Source: a virus. From it: a stretch of 64,000 nucleotides of DNA. The stretch spans positions 76,252 through 140,251 of IMG/VR virus record IMGVR_UViG_3300045988_132849. One strand, 5' to 3'. The notes under the pieces are model-generated. The model had not been told where the DNA came from. It saw only the letters and a program-made list of their open reading frames with translations, and did no database searches. The translations under genes and the position numbers were made by a program. Positions 8,638 through 18,617 of this stretch are shown piece by piece (position 1 is the stretch's first letter; every line of letters starts with the position of its first letter).

Positions 8638-9990
8638 ATGAATCTAAACGAAATGGAAATTCCTTGCGATCCAATTTTGGACAAAGCAAAGAGGGATGAA
8701 TTGGTGCAGAACACAGAACTTTTGAAACAGGTTACAATTAAGCCGATTCCGTGGCTTCCTGGACGAGATTATATTACTACGGAACAGGTAGCACGATTCT
8801 TTGATGGAGATGTTGAGGAAGTCAAACGATTGTGTACGAAGTATCGTAAAGAATTTTTGGAAGATGGAATGGAAGTTAAGACAGTGCAGGAGATCATTGA
8901 CGGTCAGGACGCAGCAACGGAAAAACAGAAGGGAAGAATCATAGTAACGTATCCGAACGGATTGAATATCTCATTCGGTTACAAGGGTGCTAAGGTATTT
9001 ACTCTTAAATGCTTAATCAGATTGTCTTTGCTGATGGAAACTTCAAAGCTTGCCGAGAGTGTGAGATATTATGTTTTTATCAACGATTATATCACGATAG
9101 AAGAACAGAGAGAACAAGAACAGGTAGAGGCAGGCGTTAAGCTTGTTGACACAACGGAAATTTTAGGTAGACGAATTGATCTGTATAGAAGTATTGAAGA
9201 TCCGTTATTTTTAGCAAGAGATGTCGCAGAATGGATTGATTATAGTAAACGTCCTGATGGAAGTTATAGAACGGATAAAATGTTACAAGCGATTGATTCA
9301 GAAGAAAAATATAAGACCAAAATCTTAACCGCTAATAATGTTAGCGGGTCAAATTTAGGTCAGATTGATTCTACTGGAAAGACCATTAATCCATTTTGGT
9401 TCCTCACAGAAGATGGACTCTATGAAGTGTGTATGCAGTCACGTAAACCGATTGCCAAGCAGATGAAAAAGCAGATCAAAGAATATCTTAGAAACATTCG
9501 TAAGACAGGCGGTGCAGTTGATTTTGGAAAAGAGTCACAGTTCATTGAACACTACTTCCCGTCATTTTCTGAGGATGTCAAGCTTGCTATGGTAACGGAT
9601 CTGCGAACACAGAATAAAGAACTTAAAGAAGAGAATCAGAAGTTGCAGAATGATAACAAGTTATTAGCAGCGGAAATTTTAACATGGGATGATCGCAATA
9701 AGATGAACGCTGGAATTAGGAAGTTGGCTGCCGTTACAGGAACACAATTCTCTGTTATGTGGAACGAGCTTTATAAGAACTTGCAATACAAATACCATAT
9801 TGATGTTAAGAAACGTGGAAAGAAACCATTTCTACAGTGGATTCAAGAACATGAATGGGATAAGGTGCTGAAAGTCTTTTGTGCAATGTGTGAAGCTAGA
9901 AACCTATCTCCAACAGATATGTTCCAGCAGACAGCACCAGTGGAAAATTTGTATGATAATGAAGATGAGGATGATGAAGTATGGAATTAG
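8638..9990 (+). CDS. Bro-N-like domain protein (phage antirepressor family), ~450 aa
   Basis: Internal segment EDGLYEVCMQSRKPIAKQMKKQIKEYLRNIRKTGG parallels the Bro-N core of the 20959 gene (ESGLYALIFGSKLDTAKEFKHWVTSEVLPQIRKTGG). Confidence 0.5.
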   Translation: MNLNEMEIPCDPILDKAKRDELVQNTELLKQVTIKPIPWLPGRDYITTEQVARFFDGDVEEVKRLCTKYRKEFLEDGMEVKTVQEIIDGQDAATEKQKGRIIVTYPNGLNISFGYKGAKVFTLKCLIRLSLLMETSKLAESVRYYVFINDYITIEEQREQEQVEAGVKLVDTTEILGRRIDLYRSIEDPLFLARDVAEWIDYSKRPDGSYRTDKMLQAIDSEEKYKTKILTANNVSGSNLGQIDSTGKTINPFWFLTEDGLYEVCMQSRKPIAKQMKKQIKEYLRNIRKTGGAVDFGKESQFIEHYFPSFSEDVKLAMVTDLRTQNKELKEENQKLQNDNKLLAAEILTWDDRNKMNAGIRKLAAVTGTQFSVMWNELYKNLQYKYHIDVKKRGKKPFLQWIQEHEWDKVLKVFCAMCEARNLSPTDMFQQTAPVENLYDNEDEDDEVWN

Positions 9991-10226
9991 AACAGATTAT
10001 TCATTTCTTTGAACAGTTCTGCGGAATATCTTTTGTGTTATATGTGATTGTTTTCCTAGCTTGGTTATCGCTAAGAAAAATTGATCGTGAACATAATAAG
10101 GTATATTTAAGCAAATATATAGACGTATTAGAGGAAATATTAGAAGCTATTATGAAGCCTATGAAAGCAATTACGACATTATGGGTTATCGTAGCTTTCG
10201 GAATGCTTATTTATCAGCTGATTTAA
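9981..10226 (+). CDS. small membrane protein (81 aa)
   Basis: Two transmembrane helices. Confidence 0.4.
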   Translation: MELEQIIHFFEQFCGISFVLYVIVFLAWLSLRKIDREHNKVYLSKYIDVLEEILEAIMKPMKAITTLWVIVAFGMLIYQLI

Positions 10227-10246
10227 TTCCATATAATAATTTTGGC

Positions 10247-10280
10247 AAAGAACCGAACGGAAGGGGAAGGTTCTTTTTAT
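10247..10280 (+). terminator. Terminator hairpin (AAAGAACC...GGTTCTTT + T-run); a second hairpin GAACCGA...TCGGTTC lies at 10301-10327
   Basis: Stems read from sequence. Confidence 0.45.
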
Positions 10281-10554
10281 TTTACGGAAATATTTGACAG
10301 GAACCGATTTGGCAGGTCGGTTCTTTGTCAAATTTATTATACACAAACTAATGATTAACTAAGCATATAATTGTTAATAGATAAGGTGTTGATTACATAG
10401 AGAGCTAATAGGAATAGAATAGGTTTCTATTAGGATTGACACACTAATAGTTGGAATTAAATGTTGATTTTATTCCTATTGGTTTACGGAATATAGTTAT
10501 ACAAAAATAATGAGTGTAGAGAAAAATAAGACAGTTTAGAAAGGAAGATGAAGA

Positions 10555-11646
10555 ATGAACCTACAGTTAGTAAAAACGGAAAATTTTAATGATTTATCGT
10601 GTGATTTTTATAGTGCTGAGGATGATATTTGGATGACAAGAAATCAAATTGGAGAAGCACTGGAATATGCAGATCCAAGAAAAGCAATTCAAAATATTCA
10701 CGATAAGAACAAGGATCGGTTTATTGGAAAATCAAGTGTCCTCAAAACGAGGACGGTTGATGGAAGGAATAGGGAAACAGTTGTATATAATGAGTTGGGA
10801 GTATTTGAAATATGTAGATTAAGTCGTCAGCCAAAAGCAGATGCCTTTATGGACTGGGCATGGAATGTTATCAAAGCTTATCGTCATGGAAATTTAAGAA
10901 CAGGAACTCCTGTAACGACAGTAGAACGATTTCTTACAGAGCAGACAGAACTTATGAAGCAGATGGAAAGAAACAACGAACGCCTATATAAGGTTACTAT
11001 CAAGGGATTTAATCAGCTGGCAGATATTGTTAAAGAAATGAAAGCCGAGCGGAAAGAACTGTATAAACAGATTGGTAAACCTACGAAAGATATTCCAGTA
11101 GTGGATACGGAAAGCGTTATCGCAGAATACAAACTTAATGAATGGAAGTCTAACGTTTATGGAATCATTAATGATATTTTGAAAGAATCTGATGAGTTAG
11201 GAACTACCACGAGAGATATTCTTAGAGAAGCATATAACTATTTAACCAACACATATGGAATTGTGTGGGAACAGGATCGGAAAGAATACAAAGAGAAATA
11301 CAATATTAGTGAAAGAGGTAATGTACCAACGATTGATCTTTGCTATGATAAATATCCTGACCTACTGGTAAGTGTGCTGGAAAAACTTCTGCGACAGTTC
11401 CGCAAAGAGAACGCACAGCCTGATTGGGATGAAATGAAGATTAAGATTACTAATTATGCGAATCATATTGGAAATAAATCTAAAGGCGGAACTTCTGTTT
11501 ATCGGAAAATTTATACTAAGATGACAGAGAATGGCGTTAATTGGGATGAGTATGCTCATGGATTGTCTAAATCCCAGCTTATTAAAACAAATGCAACTTT
11601 ATACAATAGATTTTATGAGGCTGCGGTGGAAATTATTAGTGAATAA
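10555..11646 (+). CDS. Bro-N family antirepressor-like protein (363 aa)
   Basis: N-terminus FYSAEDDIWMTRNQIGEALEYADPRKAIQNIHDKNKDRF ... GVFEICRLSRQPKADAFMDWAWNV fits the Bro-N domain. Confidence 0.65.
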   Translation: MNLQLVKTENFNDLSCDFYSAEDDIWMTRNQIGEALEYADPRKAIQNIHDKNKDRFIGKSSVLKTRTVDGRNRETVVYNELGVFEICRLSRQPKADAFMDWAWNVIKAYRHGNLRTGTPVTTVERFLTEQTELMKQMERNNERLYKVTIKGFNQLADIVKEMKAERKELYKQIGKPTKDIPVVDTESVIAEYKLNEWKSNVYGIINDILKESDELGTTTRDILREAYNYLTNTYGIVWEQDRKEYKEKYNISERGNVPTIDLCYDKYPDLLVSVLEKLLRQFRKENAQPDWDEMKIKITNYANHIGNKSKGGTSVYRKIYTKMTENGVNWDEYAHGLSKSQLIKTNATLYNRFYEAAVEIISE

Positions 11647-11661
11647 GAAAGAGGAAGAATA

Positions 11662-12288
11662 ATGAAATTTAAAATTGAAACAAATCCTTATGGAAATAAG
11701 AAAACAATGTTTCGGAAAAAGAATATTGAAATTAATCCTGGATTAACCGTATTAGTTGGGTGCAATGGTAGTGGAAAAACAACTTTGTTACAACAGATTA
11801 AAAAAATCGTTACAGACAAAGGTATTAGCTGTATGAACTATGATAATGTATCTGATAACAAGCATAATACAATAGCAGATGCTGTATATCTTGGAAATTT
11901 TGATATAGTAGCACAGCAATATTGTTCATCTGAGGGAGAAGGAATTATTCAAAACATCGGTAGACTTGCAGGACAAATTGGAAATACAGTTGCTATGTGC
12001 AAAACGAAGGATGAAAAAGAATTATTTATTCTTATTGATGCAGTCGATAGTGGATTAAGCGTAGATACCATAAATGAAATTAAAATGGATTTATTTGATA
12101 TTGTATTAGAAGAACCTTTAGATGTTTACCTTATTGTATCTGCTAACGATTATACAATGGTTAGAAATGAACAGTGTTTTGATGTTTATACTGGAAACTA
12201 TAAGTTATTTAAAGATTATGAAGATTATTATAAATTTATTATGAAGTCTCGTGAACGAAAAGATAAAAGAGATGGTAATGACAACTAA
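11662..12288 (+). CDS. P-loop ATPase (208 aa), ABC/SMC-like Walker A
   Basis: GCNGSGKTT Walker A; ILIDAVDSGL Walker-B-like. Confidence 0.5.
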   Translation: MKFKIETNPYGNKKTMFRKKNIEINPGLTVLVGCNGSGKTTLLQQIKKIVTDKGISCMNYDNVSDNKHNTIADAVYLGNFDIVAQQYCSSEGEGIIQNIGRLAGQIGNTVAMCKTKDEKELFILIDAVDSGLSVDTINEIKMDLFDIVLEEPLDVYLIVSANDYTMVRNEQCFDVYTGNYKLFKDYEDYYKFIMKSRERKDKRDGNDN

Positions 12289-12341
12289 GAAAGAGATATG
12301 ATAAAATAAAACAAATATTTGATCGGAAGGAGTGATGTGAA

Positions 12342-12830
12342 ATGGAAAAATCTAAAACTTATACACCAGAAAAACCATATATGTGTATTTATGAAACAAA
12401 AGAAGATGGAATTGGTTATGCAACATTTGACAACAAAGAAGCTTTGATGGAATTGGTACAAGAATGTAAATTTTATGGAGATAAGATTATAGAATCTTGC
12501 AAGATCGAAAGAAAAATAGATATTACACAATCAACAGAAAATAAGTTTATTACCAAAGATATGGTTGAAAAAATAAACGAATATCTAACAAATATTAGAT
12601 CGCCATTTGGATACAGGTACGATGAAAAGACGTATGGTATGTTCGTTGTATTGCATAATCATTTTCCATGTGGATTTAAGATGATTAAAAAATACAATAT
12701 TCAATTAACTGATGAGTATTATCATTGGTTACGAACATGGTTTCAAGAAAATTATCATATGGATATTTCGTATAATGAAAGTGGAACTGTTTGGTCGAGT
12801 TATGTGGAAACGGAAAATGTTGAAGAATAA
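12342..12830 (+). CDS. hypothetical protein (162 aa)
   Basis: GGAAGGAG RBS. Confidence 0.5.
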   Translation: MEKSKTYTPEKPYMCIYETKEDGIGYATFDNKEALMELVQECKFYGDKIIESCKIERKIDITQSTENKFITKDMVEKINEYLTNIRSPFGYRYDEKTYGMFVVLHNHFPCGFKMIKKYNIQLTDEYYHWLRTWFQENYHMDISYNESGTVWSSYVETENVEE

Positions 12831-12862
12831 AATGAAACTTTGATAGAAATGAAGTTGGATAA

Positions 12863-13591
12863 ATGAGAGAAAATACTAGGAAAGAAGGAGATTATATAAT
12901 ATCAGAAGATGCTCTTGGAACATCATATAAACACCCATCATTTGGAATGTTATCATTCAATCGTACTCATGGCGGGCATAGCAATTTATTTGGCAGTAGC
13001 ATTCAGCATAACGATACAATCCATATGGTATTAAGGGAAGGTGTGGTTACAAGGGGACTCAATGATGATTGGTATGTTGGAGAAGATGAGATTCTGGAAG
13101 TAGAAATGTCGCAATCACAATTTGCAGAATTAATTACTTCTATGAATGTTGGAACAGGTACTCCATGTACTATTAAATATTTACGTGGTAAAGGACGTAT
13201 TAACGAAGCGGATTTTATCAATAAAAGACAGCAGATAACAAATGAATTTAAAGAGTGTATGAACGAGCGTATGAGCGATGCAAAAGAATTTTATGATGAA
13301 GTCAAGGAGCTTTTTATTACGAAGAAATCTATTGGAAAAGGTGATCGAGAAATGATTCTGAGAAGACTTGCCAACGTGACTCAAGGTATGGAATCTAGTT
13401 CAAAATTTATCTTTGATCAATTCCAAAATCAGATAGACAAAACAATTACAGAAGCTAAAGAAGAAATCGAGGCTTTTGCACAGAATAAAATTAATGCAAT
13501 AGCTCAACAAGCTCTTGTAGAACAGAAAGAAGATATTGTAAAATTAGAGAATCCTGTTGATGTAAATCATATGGAACTTGATGAAGAATAA
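12863..13591 (+). CDS. hypothetical protein (242 aa)
   Basis: Long ORF. Confidence 0.5.
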   Translation: MRENTRKEGDYIISEDALGTSYKHPSFGMLSFNRTHGGHSNLFGSSIQHNDTIHMVLREGVVTRGLNDDWYVGEDEILEVEMSQSQFAELITSMNVGTGTPCTIKYLRGKGRINEADFINKRQQITNEFKECMNERMSDAKEFYDEVKELFITKKSIGKGDREMILRRLANVTQGMESSSKFIFDQFQNQIDKTITEAKEEIEAFAQNKINAIAQQALVEQKEDIVKLENPVDVNHMELDEE

Positions 13592-13619
13592 AACGAAAAT
13601 TTGATAGGTGGTGGTACGA

Positions 13620-13994
13620 ATGGTGGATTTGAATGATCACAAATGTACGTTTGAATATACAGATGATGAACTGTTGGAGCAGGGAAAGTTAGACATTCAG
13701 GTAAGATCACATGGAATAAGAGACGATAGAACTTTTTTAGAACAATATATAGTCTTGGAAGAAATCGGCAAGCGATGGATTCGAGAACATGAAAATATGA
13801 AGAAAGAAAATATCGTGAGTAATCAGTTCAAAAGCTGGAGCGATGATAAGTTGTTGAAATTTTATAAGGAACGAAAAGAAATTTATAATGGAAATTTCCC
13901 TATCTCGTATATTAATATGTTAGCGGAAATTTCTGATCGTTGGATTAAACAGAATGAAATTAAAGAGATAGAATTAGAAGAAGGTGCTAAATGA
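13620..13994 (+). CDS. hypothetical protein (124 aa)
   Basis: TAGGTGGTGG RBS then ATG 13620. Confidence 0.45.
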   Translation: MVDLNDHKCTFEYTDDELLEQGKLDIQVRSHGIRDDRTFLEQYIVLEEIGKRWIREHENMKKENIVSNQFKSWSDDKLLKFYKERKEIYNGNFPISYINMLAEISDRWIKQNEIKEIELEEGAK

Positions 13995-14236
13995 GAAAAC
14001 CAATAACAAAATGTCCGCACTGCGGAAGTGATCGTGGAATGGCTGTTAGGTTTAAAGCTACTGGAACCGATATATATAGTTTTGATGGACATTTTCAAGA
14101 TGAAGAAATTATTGAATGCTGTACATATAATAAATGTATGACATGCTGTGACTGTGGTAAACGTATAATGAGTTATGATGAATTTATGACACATTATGCA
14201 ATCGATGAATTAACAGGTAAGCATTTAAAACAGTGA
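13991..14236 (+). CDS. Cys-rich zinc-ribbon protein (81 aa)
   Basis: CPHCGS ... CCTYNKCMTCCDCGK. Confidence 0.45.
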   Translation: MRKPITKCPHCGSDRGMAVRFKATGTDIYSFDGHFQDEEIIECCTYNKCMTCCDCGKRIMSYDEFMTHYAIDELTGKHLKQ

Positions 14237-14276
14237 AAGGAGAATTTTATCTCCATATATAGAGGGGAGTGATGCC

Positions 14277-14999
14277 ATGAGTAACACAGGATGGATCAAA
14301 CTCCATCGGGAAATTACAGATCATTGGCTATGGGAAGACAAACCATTTGCCAGAGGACAAGCAATGATTGACTTACTTATTCTCGCAGGTTATAATAATC
14401 AACCTAAGTATATTGATGGAAACTTAGAAACAGTCGAGCGAGGATCGATGGTTACTTCGATCAGAAGATTGTGTGATCGATGGGGGTGGAGTAATTCAAA
14501 GGTTATCAAATTTTTAAAGACACTGGAAAACGACAGTATCATACATGTAAAAAGCGACACTAAAAAGACGGTCATAACCATAGTAAATTACAGTGTTTAT
14601 CAAGGTTTTGTAGACGAACAAGCTACACAGAAACGACACCAAAACGACGCAGAAGCGACACATAAAAAGAAAGTAAAGAATAATAATAAATATAATAATA
14701 ATAATATAAAGCGGTTCAGACCGCCTGATTGCGAGCAAGTCTCCAGATATTGTCAACAAAGAAACAATGGGATTGATCCAGAAGAGTTTGTGGATTATTA
14801 CACAGCCAAAGATTGGATGATGGGCAATAGCAAGATGCAAGACTGGAAGGCAGCAGTACGAAACTGGGAACGAAATCAGGCTAAGAAGAACGCTAAACAA
14901 AAGCCAAAGGTAACGAACCTTGCACACTTGGAATGTGATCGTGATTATGATTTTGGTGCGTTGGAAAGACAGTTGTTTGAGAAGCAGATGACAGGATAA
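14277..14999 (+). CDS. putative replication initiation / replisome-organizer protein with a phage conserved C-terminal domain (phg_2220_C-like)
   Basis: C-terminus ...VSRYCQQRNNGIDPEEFVDYYTAKDWMMGNSKMQDWKAAVRNWERN resembles the conserved phage replication-protein C-terminal domain; N-terminal winged-helix-like region. Confidence 0.45.
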   Translation: MSNTGWIKLHREITDHWLWEDKPFARGQAMIDLLILAGYNNQPKYIDGNLETVERGSMVTSIRRLCDRWGWSNSKVIKFLKTLENDSIIHVKSDTKKTVITIVNYSVYQGFVDEQATQKRHQNDAEATHKKKVKNNNKYNNNNIKRFRPPDCEQVSRYCQQRNNGIDPEEFVDYYTAKDWMMGNSKMQDWKAAVRNWERNQAKKNAKQKPKVTNLAHLECDRDYDFGALERQLFEKQMTG

Positions 15000-15020
15000 G
15001 TTTGACGAAAGGATGGAAAA

Positions 15021-15485
15021 ATGTCAGAAAATATTTATATTCACTACGGAAGTGATAAGTTTGAGAAAGAGTTGTTTATGTCAATTGTGAACAGAAACAT
15101 GATTAACAAACCATTTGGAGGTTTATGGGCATCGGATATAAAGGCGGATCAGCCGGGGGAGAAATGGTGTATTGATAATGATTTTAGAATTGATAAACTA
15201 GACAAAAACTTTAAATTTACATTGGATGATTCGGCAAATATTGTTGAATGGACAGCGAAAGCCGATTTAAAGCAGGTTCCAACGCAAGATCTATCGGGAT
15301 ATCTCCCAGAATATTTATTTGATACAATGGGCGTTGTGCCAGATTTTGAGAAGATGGTCGAAGATGGAGTTGATGCAATTAAGCTTAATTTATCCAAAGG
15401 TGATTATGAGTTATATTATGAGCTTTACGGTTGGGATTGTGATAGTATTCTGATCATGAATCCTGATATTATTAGACCATTGTAG
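15021..15485 (+). CDS. hypothetical protein (154 aa)
   Basis: GAAAGGATGGAAAA-ATG. Confidence 0.5.
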   Translation: MSENIYIHYGSDKFEKELFMSIVNRNMINKPFGGLWASDIKADQPGEKWCIDNDFRIDKLDKNFKFTLDDSANIVEWTAKADLKQVPTQDLSGYLPEYLFDTMGVVPDFEKMVEDGVDAIKLNLSKGDYELYYELYGWDCDSILIMNPDIIRPL

Positions 15486-15509
15486 AAATTGAATAACAGA
15501 ATGAGATTG

Positions 15510-15535
15510 AGAAGCTTATGGCTTCTTTTTATTTT
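15510..15535 (+). terminator. Rho-independent terminator (AGAAGC...GCTTCT + T-run)
   Basis: Stem plus TTTTTATTTT. Confidence 0.5.
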
Positions 15536-15638
15536 GCCTAAATTTAGAGAATAGGAGTAAGAATTATGGAATTAATCGAAGTAGAAATTAGACCAGAAGT
15601 ACGTGAACAGTGCAATAATTAGAGAGGAGATTGGAACA

Positions 15639-15935
15639 ATGAAATTATACGGAACAGTGAATACAGAGGTTGATGTGAGTAAATATAATATATTAATAGC
15701 TGCGGCCCAAATACTATACGATGGACATCTATATGATAGTTGGGGAATTCATACAGAGTTATTGGAGTCAGATCATAGAGAAAATAACACTGGTAAAAGA
15801 GCATTATTTAAGGTTGAAGATATATCATATCATGGTTCCCCAGTATGGAAATATACATTGATTACTGACGATGAAAATGCAATAAATGATTTTCTGTTGG
15901 CACAGGAAATAGAAAAAGTAATTAAGAGAGTGTAA
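15639..15935 (+). CDS. hypothetical protein (98 aa)
   Basis: GAGAGGAG RBS; ATG 15639. Confidence 0.45.
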   Translation: MKLYGTVNTEVDVSKYNILIAAAQILYDGHLYDSWGIHTELLESDHRENNTGKRALFKVEDISYHGSPVWKYTLITDDENAINDFLLAQEIEKVIKRV

Positions 15936-15961
15936 GAATAATTAAGAGAGGAGAGATTATC

Positions 15962-16912
15962 ATGGCAGCAACACAGTTTGAAGTTATTAAAACAGCAAAC
16001 AATAATAACGCAGAAGAACCTGAAGCAAAGATCAAAAGACGTAAGGACGGAAATCCTAAATGGACTCGATCTAATAAACAAAAAGGCGTATCATCTTTAG
16101 TGTATCCAATTAAGAACAAAGAAAAATTTGTAGCCTTTAATGCATATTTTAGAGACCAGATTGATAAATCGTACACAGAGTACAAACGATATGTAGCTGC
16201 CAGAAACAATCTTTTGGTTGCAGTTGGAAACAATACAGCATATCGTATCTCTGATATCGTCAGACTCAAATGGGGCGATTTATTAAACGATAAGACTCGT
16301 AAGCAGGAAAAGAAAACAAAGAAATTCAGAACTGTATACTTTAACGATTTGGTAACTGAAGCAGTGGATATTTTCTTTGAAGCTGTTGCAGGAACTAAAT
16401 ATGATGTCAAGATTGATGGCGAAGTGCCAATGGATGATTATGTTTTTGGAACATGTAAGTCTGGATCAGGACACATGACTGAAGCAAATGCTTTGGATTT
16501 TGTTAAAAAAGGTGCTAAAGCAGTTGGAATTGAGGACAATATTGGTACGCATACATTACGAAAGAACTTTGTGTATTGGACACTTGTCGATCATAAAGAT
16601 GATCAGAACGTATTGTATACACTTATGAGATTATTGAATCATAGTAGCCCTGCAATGACATTTCTGTATGCAACAATCACAGAGGAAGAAACTCATGTAT
16701 TGTTTGATGATATTGCGCAGACATACAAGGAAATTATCAGTGGGGCTTTTAACGGATTGAAGGAAAATGTTGTTAATGTGAGTTATGATAGAGTTATGGA
16801 GATTATCAAGTTTGCTTATAAGACTGGCAAAGATGATGCAGATCAAGATGATAGAGTACATGAAGATAATATGCAGGCATTAGAAGAGTTATTGGAAGGA
16901 GTAATTGTATGA
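15962..16912 (+). CDS. site-specific tyrosine recombinase (phage integrase family), 316 aa
   Basis: Box I AYRISDIVRLKWGDL (Arg); GTHTLRKNF (H-x-x-R); LLNHSSPAMTFLYA (H...Y catalytic Tyr). Confidence 0.75.
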   Translation: MAATQFEVIKTANNNNAEEPEAKIKRRKDGNPKWTRSNKQKGVSSLVYPIKNKEKFVAFNAYFRDQIDKSYTEYKRYVAARNNLLVAVGNNTAYRISDIVRLKWGDLLNDKTRKQEKKTKKFRTVYFNDLVTEAVDIFFEAVAGTKYDVKIDGEVPMDDYVFGTCKSGSGHMTEANALDFVKKGAKAVGIEDNIGTHTLRKNFVYWTLVDHKDDQNVLYTLMRLLNHSSPAMTFLYATITEEETHVLFDDIAQTYKEIISGAFNGLKENVVNVSYDRVMEIIKFAYKTGKDDADQDDRVHEDNMQALEELLEGVIV

Positions 16913-17655
16913 TATTTGTAACAGGAGATACACATGGGGATTGGATGACTCGATTAAACAGTCGTTCTTTCCCAGAGGGAGTTGAGTTAACCAAAGATGA
17001 TTATGTGATTATCTGCGGAGATTTTGGACTGTGGCATGACACAAAAGAAGAACGATATAATCTGGAATGGTTAGATAACAAGCCATTTACTACATTGTTT
17101 GTATGTGGGAATCATGAAAATTATAATCGGCTGTACGAATATCCTGTAGAAGAATGGAATGGAGGAAAGATTCATAAGATTCGTGATTCTATCTTCCATC
17201 TCATGCGAGGACAGGTATTTGATATTCAAGGCAAGAAATTCTTTACGTTTGGCGGAGCAAGTTCCCATGATGTTCAAGATGGAATTTTAGAGCCAGACGA
17301 TCCAAGAATTAATGAATGGTACAGAGATTATGACAAAATGTTTAGGATTAATCATGTGAGCTGGTGGAAAGAAGAATTGCCATCTGATAAAGAGATGGCA
17401 GAAGGTGTGATGAATTTAGAGAAAAATGACTTCCAAGTAGATTACGTTATTACACATAGTCCATACACATCTGTTTTAAGACAAATGGATCAAGGATCAG
17501 GAGTGTACAAATCTGACAAGTTAACGGATTATTTACAGCAAATAAAAGACAAAGTGATTTATCAAAAATGGTTCTTTGGGCATATGCATGTGAACCAGAA
17601 CTTTCCAGGAGATAATGCGATTGCAATTTACGAACAAATTATTAGGATTTTATAG
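16909..17655 (+). CDS. calcineurin-like metallophosphoesterase (Ser/Thr phosphatase-like), 248 aa
   Basis: GDTHGD, GDFG, GNHE, GHMH motifs. Confidence 0.8.
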   Translation: MIFVTGDTHGDWMTRLNSRSFPEGVELTKDDYVIICGDFGLWHDTKEERYNLEWLDNKPFTTLFVCGNHENYNRLYEYPVEEWNGGKIHKIRDSIFHLMRGQVFDIQGKKFFTFGGASSHDVQDGILEPDDPRINEWYRDYDKMFRINHVSWWKEELPSDKEMAEGVMNLEKNDFQVDYVITHSPYTSVLRQMDQGSGVYKSDKLTDYLQQIKDKVIYQKWFFGHMHVNQNFPGDNAIAIYEQIIRIL

Positions 17656-17666
17656 GAGAATTTTGT

Positions 17667-17987
17667 ATGAAGATAAATACGATTAGACAAAATAAGGAAG
17701 AAAAGAAAGCAAACCAGAATCTTATGTGGATTTCAGCAGAGATTCCACCATTAAAACCAGATAATGCATCACGTTACATGAGGTATAAAACATATCCTGT
17801 TATTGTGGATTACAAATATAATGATGGATGTGTGGACGAAGTGCTTGATTTTTGTGACTATGATTTTGAAGAAAAGAAATGGAAACTGGATAAGCCTCAT
17901 AAAGTTAGACAGTATTTCCCCCTTCCAAGTAAGCACAAAGTAAAGTGTTCGAACAAAAAGAGAACACTTGTTCGAAAAATATCTTGA
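17667..17987 (+). CDS. hypothetical protein (106 aa)
   Basis: ORF with RBS. Confidence 0.45.
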   Translation: MKINTIRQNKEEKKANQNLMWISAEIPPLKPDNASRYMRYKTYPVIVDYKYNDGCVDEVLDFCDYDFEEKKWKLDKPHKVRQYFPLPSKHKVKCSNKKRTLVRKIS

Positions 17988-18069
17988 TTTTGTTCTGTAG
18001 TAGCATTATAATAAGAAGTGTAAAAATTCTTTGTTATATTAAACTTTTGAAAAATATCTTTAAATGCTA

Positions 18070-18098
18070 TTGACAAGCATATAAAGGTATGGTATATT
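18070..18098 (+). promoter_or_regulatory. sigma-A-type promoter (TTGACA-N17-TATATT); lies inside a ~44-bp block repeated at 62057-62100
   Basis: Hexamers read directly. Confidence 0.5.
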
Positions 18099-18104
18099 TA
18101 ACTC

Positions 18105-18602
18105 ATGGAAATGAAAATGCAACTGAGGGAAGTTGAGGTACATGAAATGAACGGATATACTAATAAAAAAGAAAATGGAAAGAGATACGACAAAGATGAA
18201 AAGAAACAATATGAATATGGGAAATATATGAAGCCGCATGTGTGGGAAATATATTTTGCCGATCTACCTGAAGTAGAAGATAGTCATATATTGTGTGGGT
18301 TACGACCAGTGATTGTATTTTCAAATGATATATGCAATAGTACGAGTACGGAAATCAATGTTTATCCTCTAACTAAAAGGATAAGAAATTGGATTCCTAC
18401 ACATGTTACTATATGCAAAAATAAAGTAAATGGTCTTAAAAGAAACTCTCAAGTGTATTGTGAGCAAGGACGAACAATTCCAAAACGGAATTTGTTAGAA
18501 TACTGGGGACAAGTAACCAACTTATCTCTTCAATTAAAAATTGCACATGCCATTATGATACAGAATGGCATGTTGTCATATATGAATGTGGCAGCGTCAT
18601 AG
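18105..18602 (+). CDS. MazF/PemK-family endoribonuclease toxin homolog with a ~40-aa N-terminal extension; no cognate antitoxin gene seen
   Basis: VWEIYFADL...GLRPVIVFSNDICNSTSTEINVYPLTKRIRNWIPTHVTI...NSQVYCEQGRTIPKRNLLEYWGQVTNLSLQLKIAHAI fits the PemK/MazF pattern (G.RP..V.S.d..N...v.v.PlT......p.hv.i......S.v.cdQ.rti...rl). Confidence 0.6.
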   Translation: MEMKMQLREVEVHEMNGYTNKKENGKRYDKDEKKQYEYGKYMKPHVWEIYFADLPEVEDSHILCGLRPVIVFSNDICNSTSTEINVYPLTKRIRNWIPTHVTICKNKVNGLKRNSQVYCEQGRTIPKRNLLEYWGQVTNLSLQLKIAHAIMIQNGMLSYMNVAAS

Positions 18603-18617
18603 AATGGAGAAAGTTTT

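Noticed and set aside
10294-10327. TTGACA at 10294 as a promoter for the 10555 gene
   Set aside because: No acceptable -10 hexamer at 16-18 bp spacing. The hexamer sits within a hairpin repeat.
14514-14927. 137-aa minus-strand ORF
   Set aside because: Antisense to the 14277 replication-protein gene. Driven by the AT-rich Asn-codon run.
15922-16410. 162-aa minus-strand ORF
   Set aside because: Antisense to the tyrosine recombinase gene. Hydrophobic low-complexity translation.
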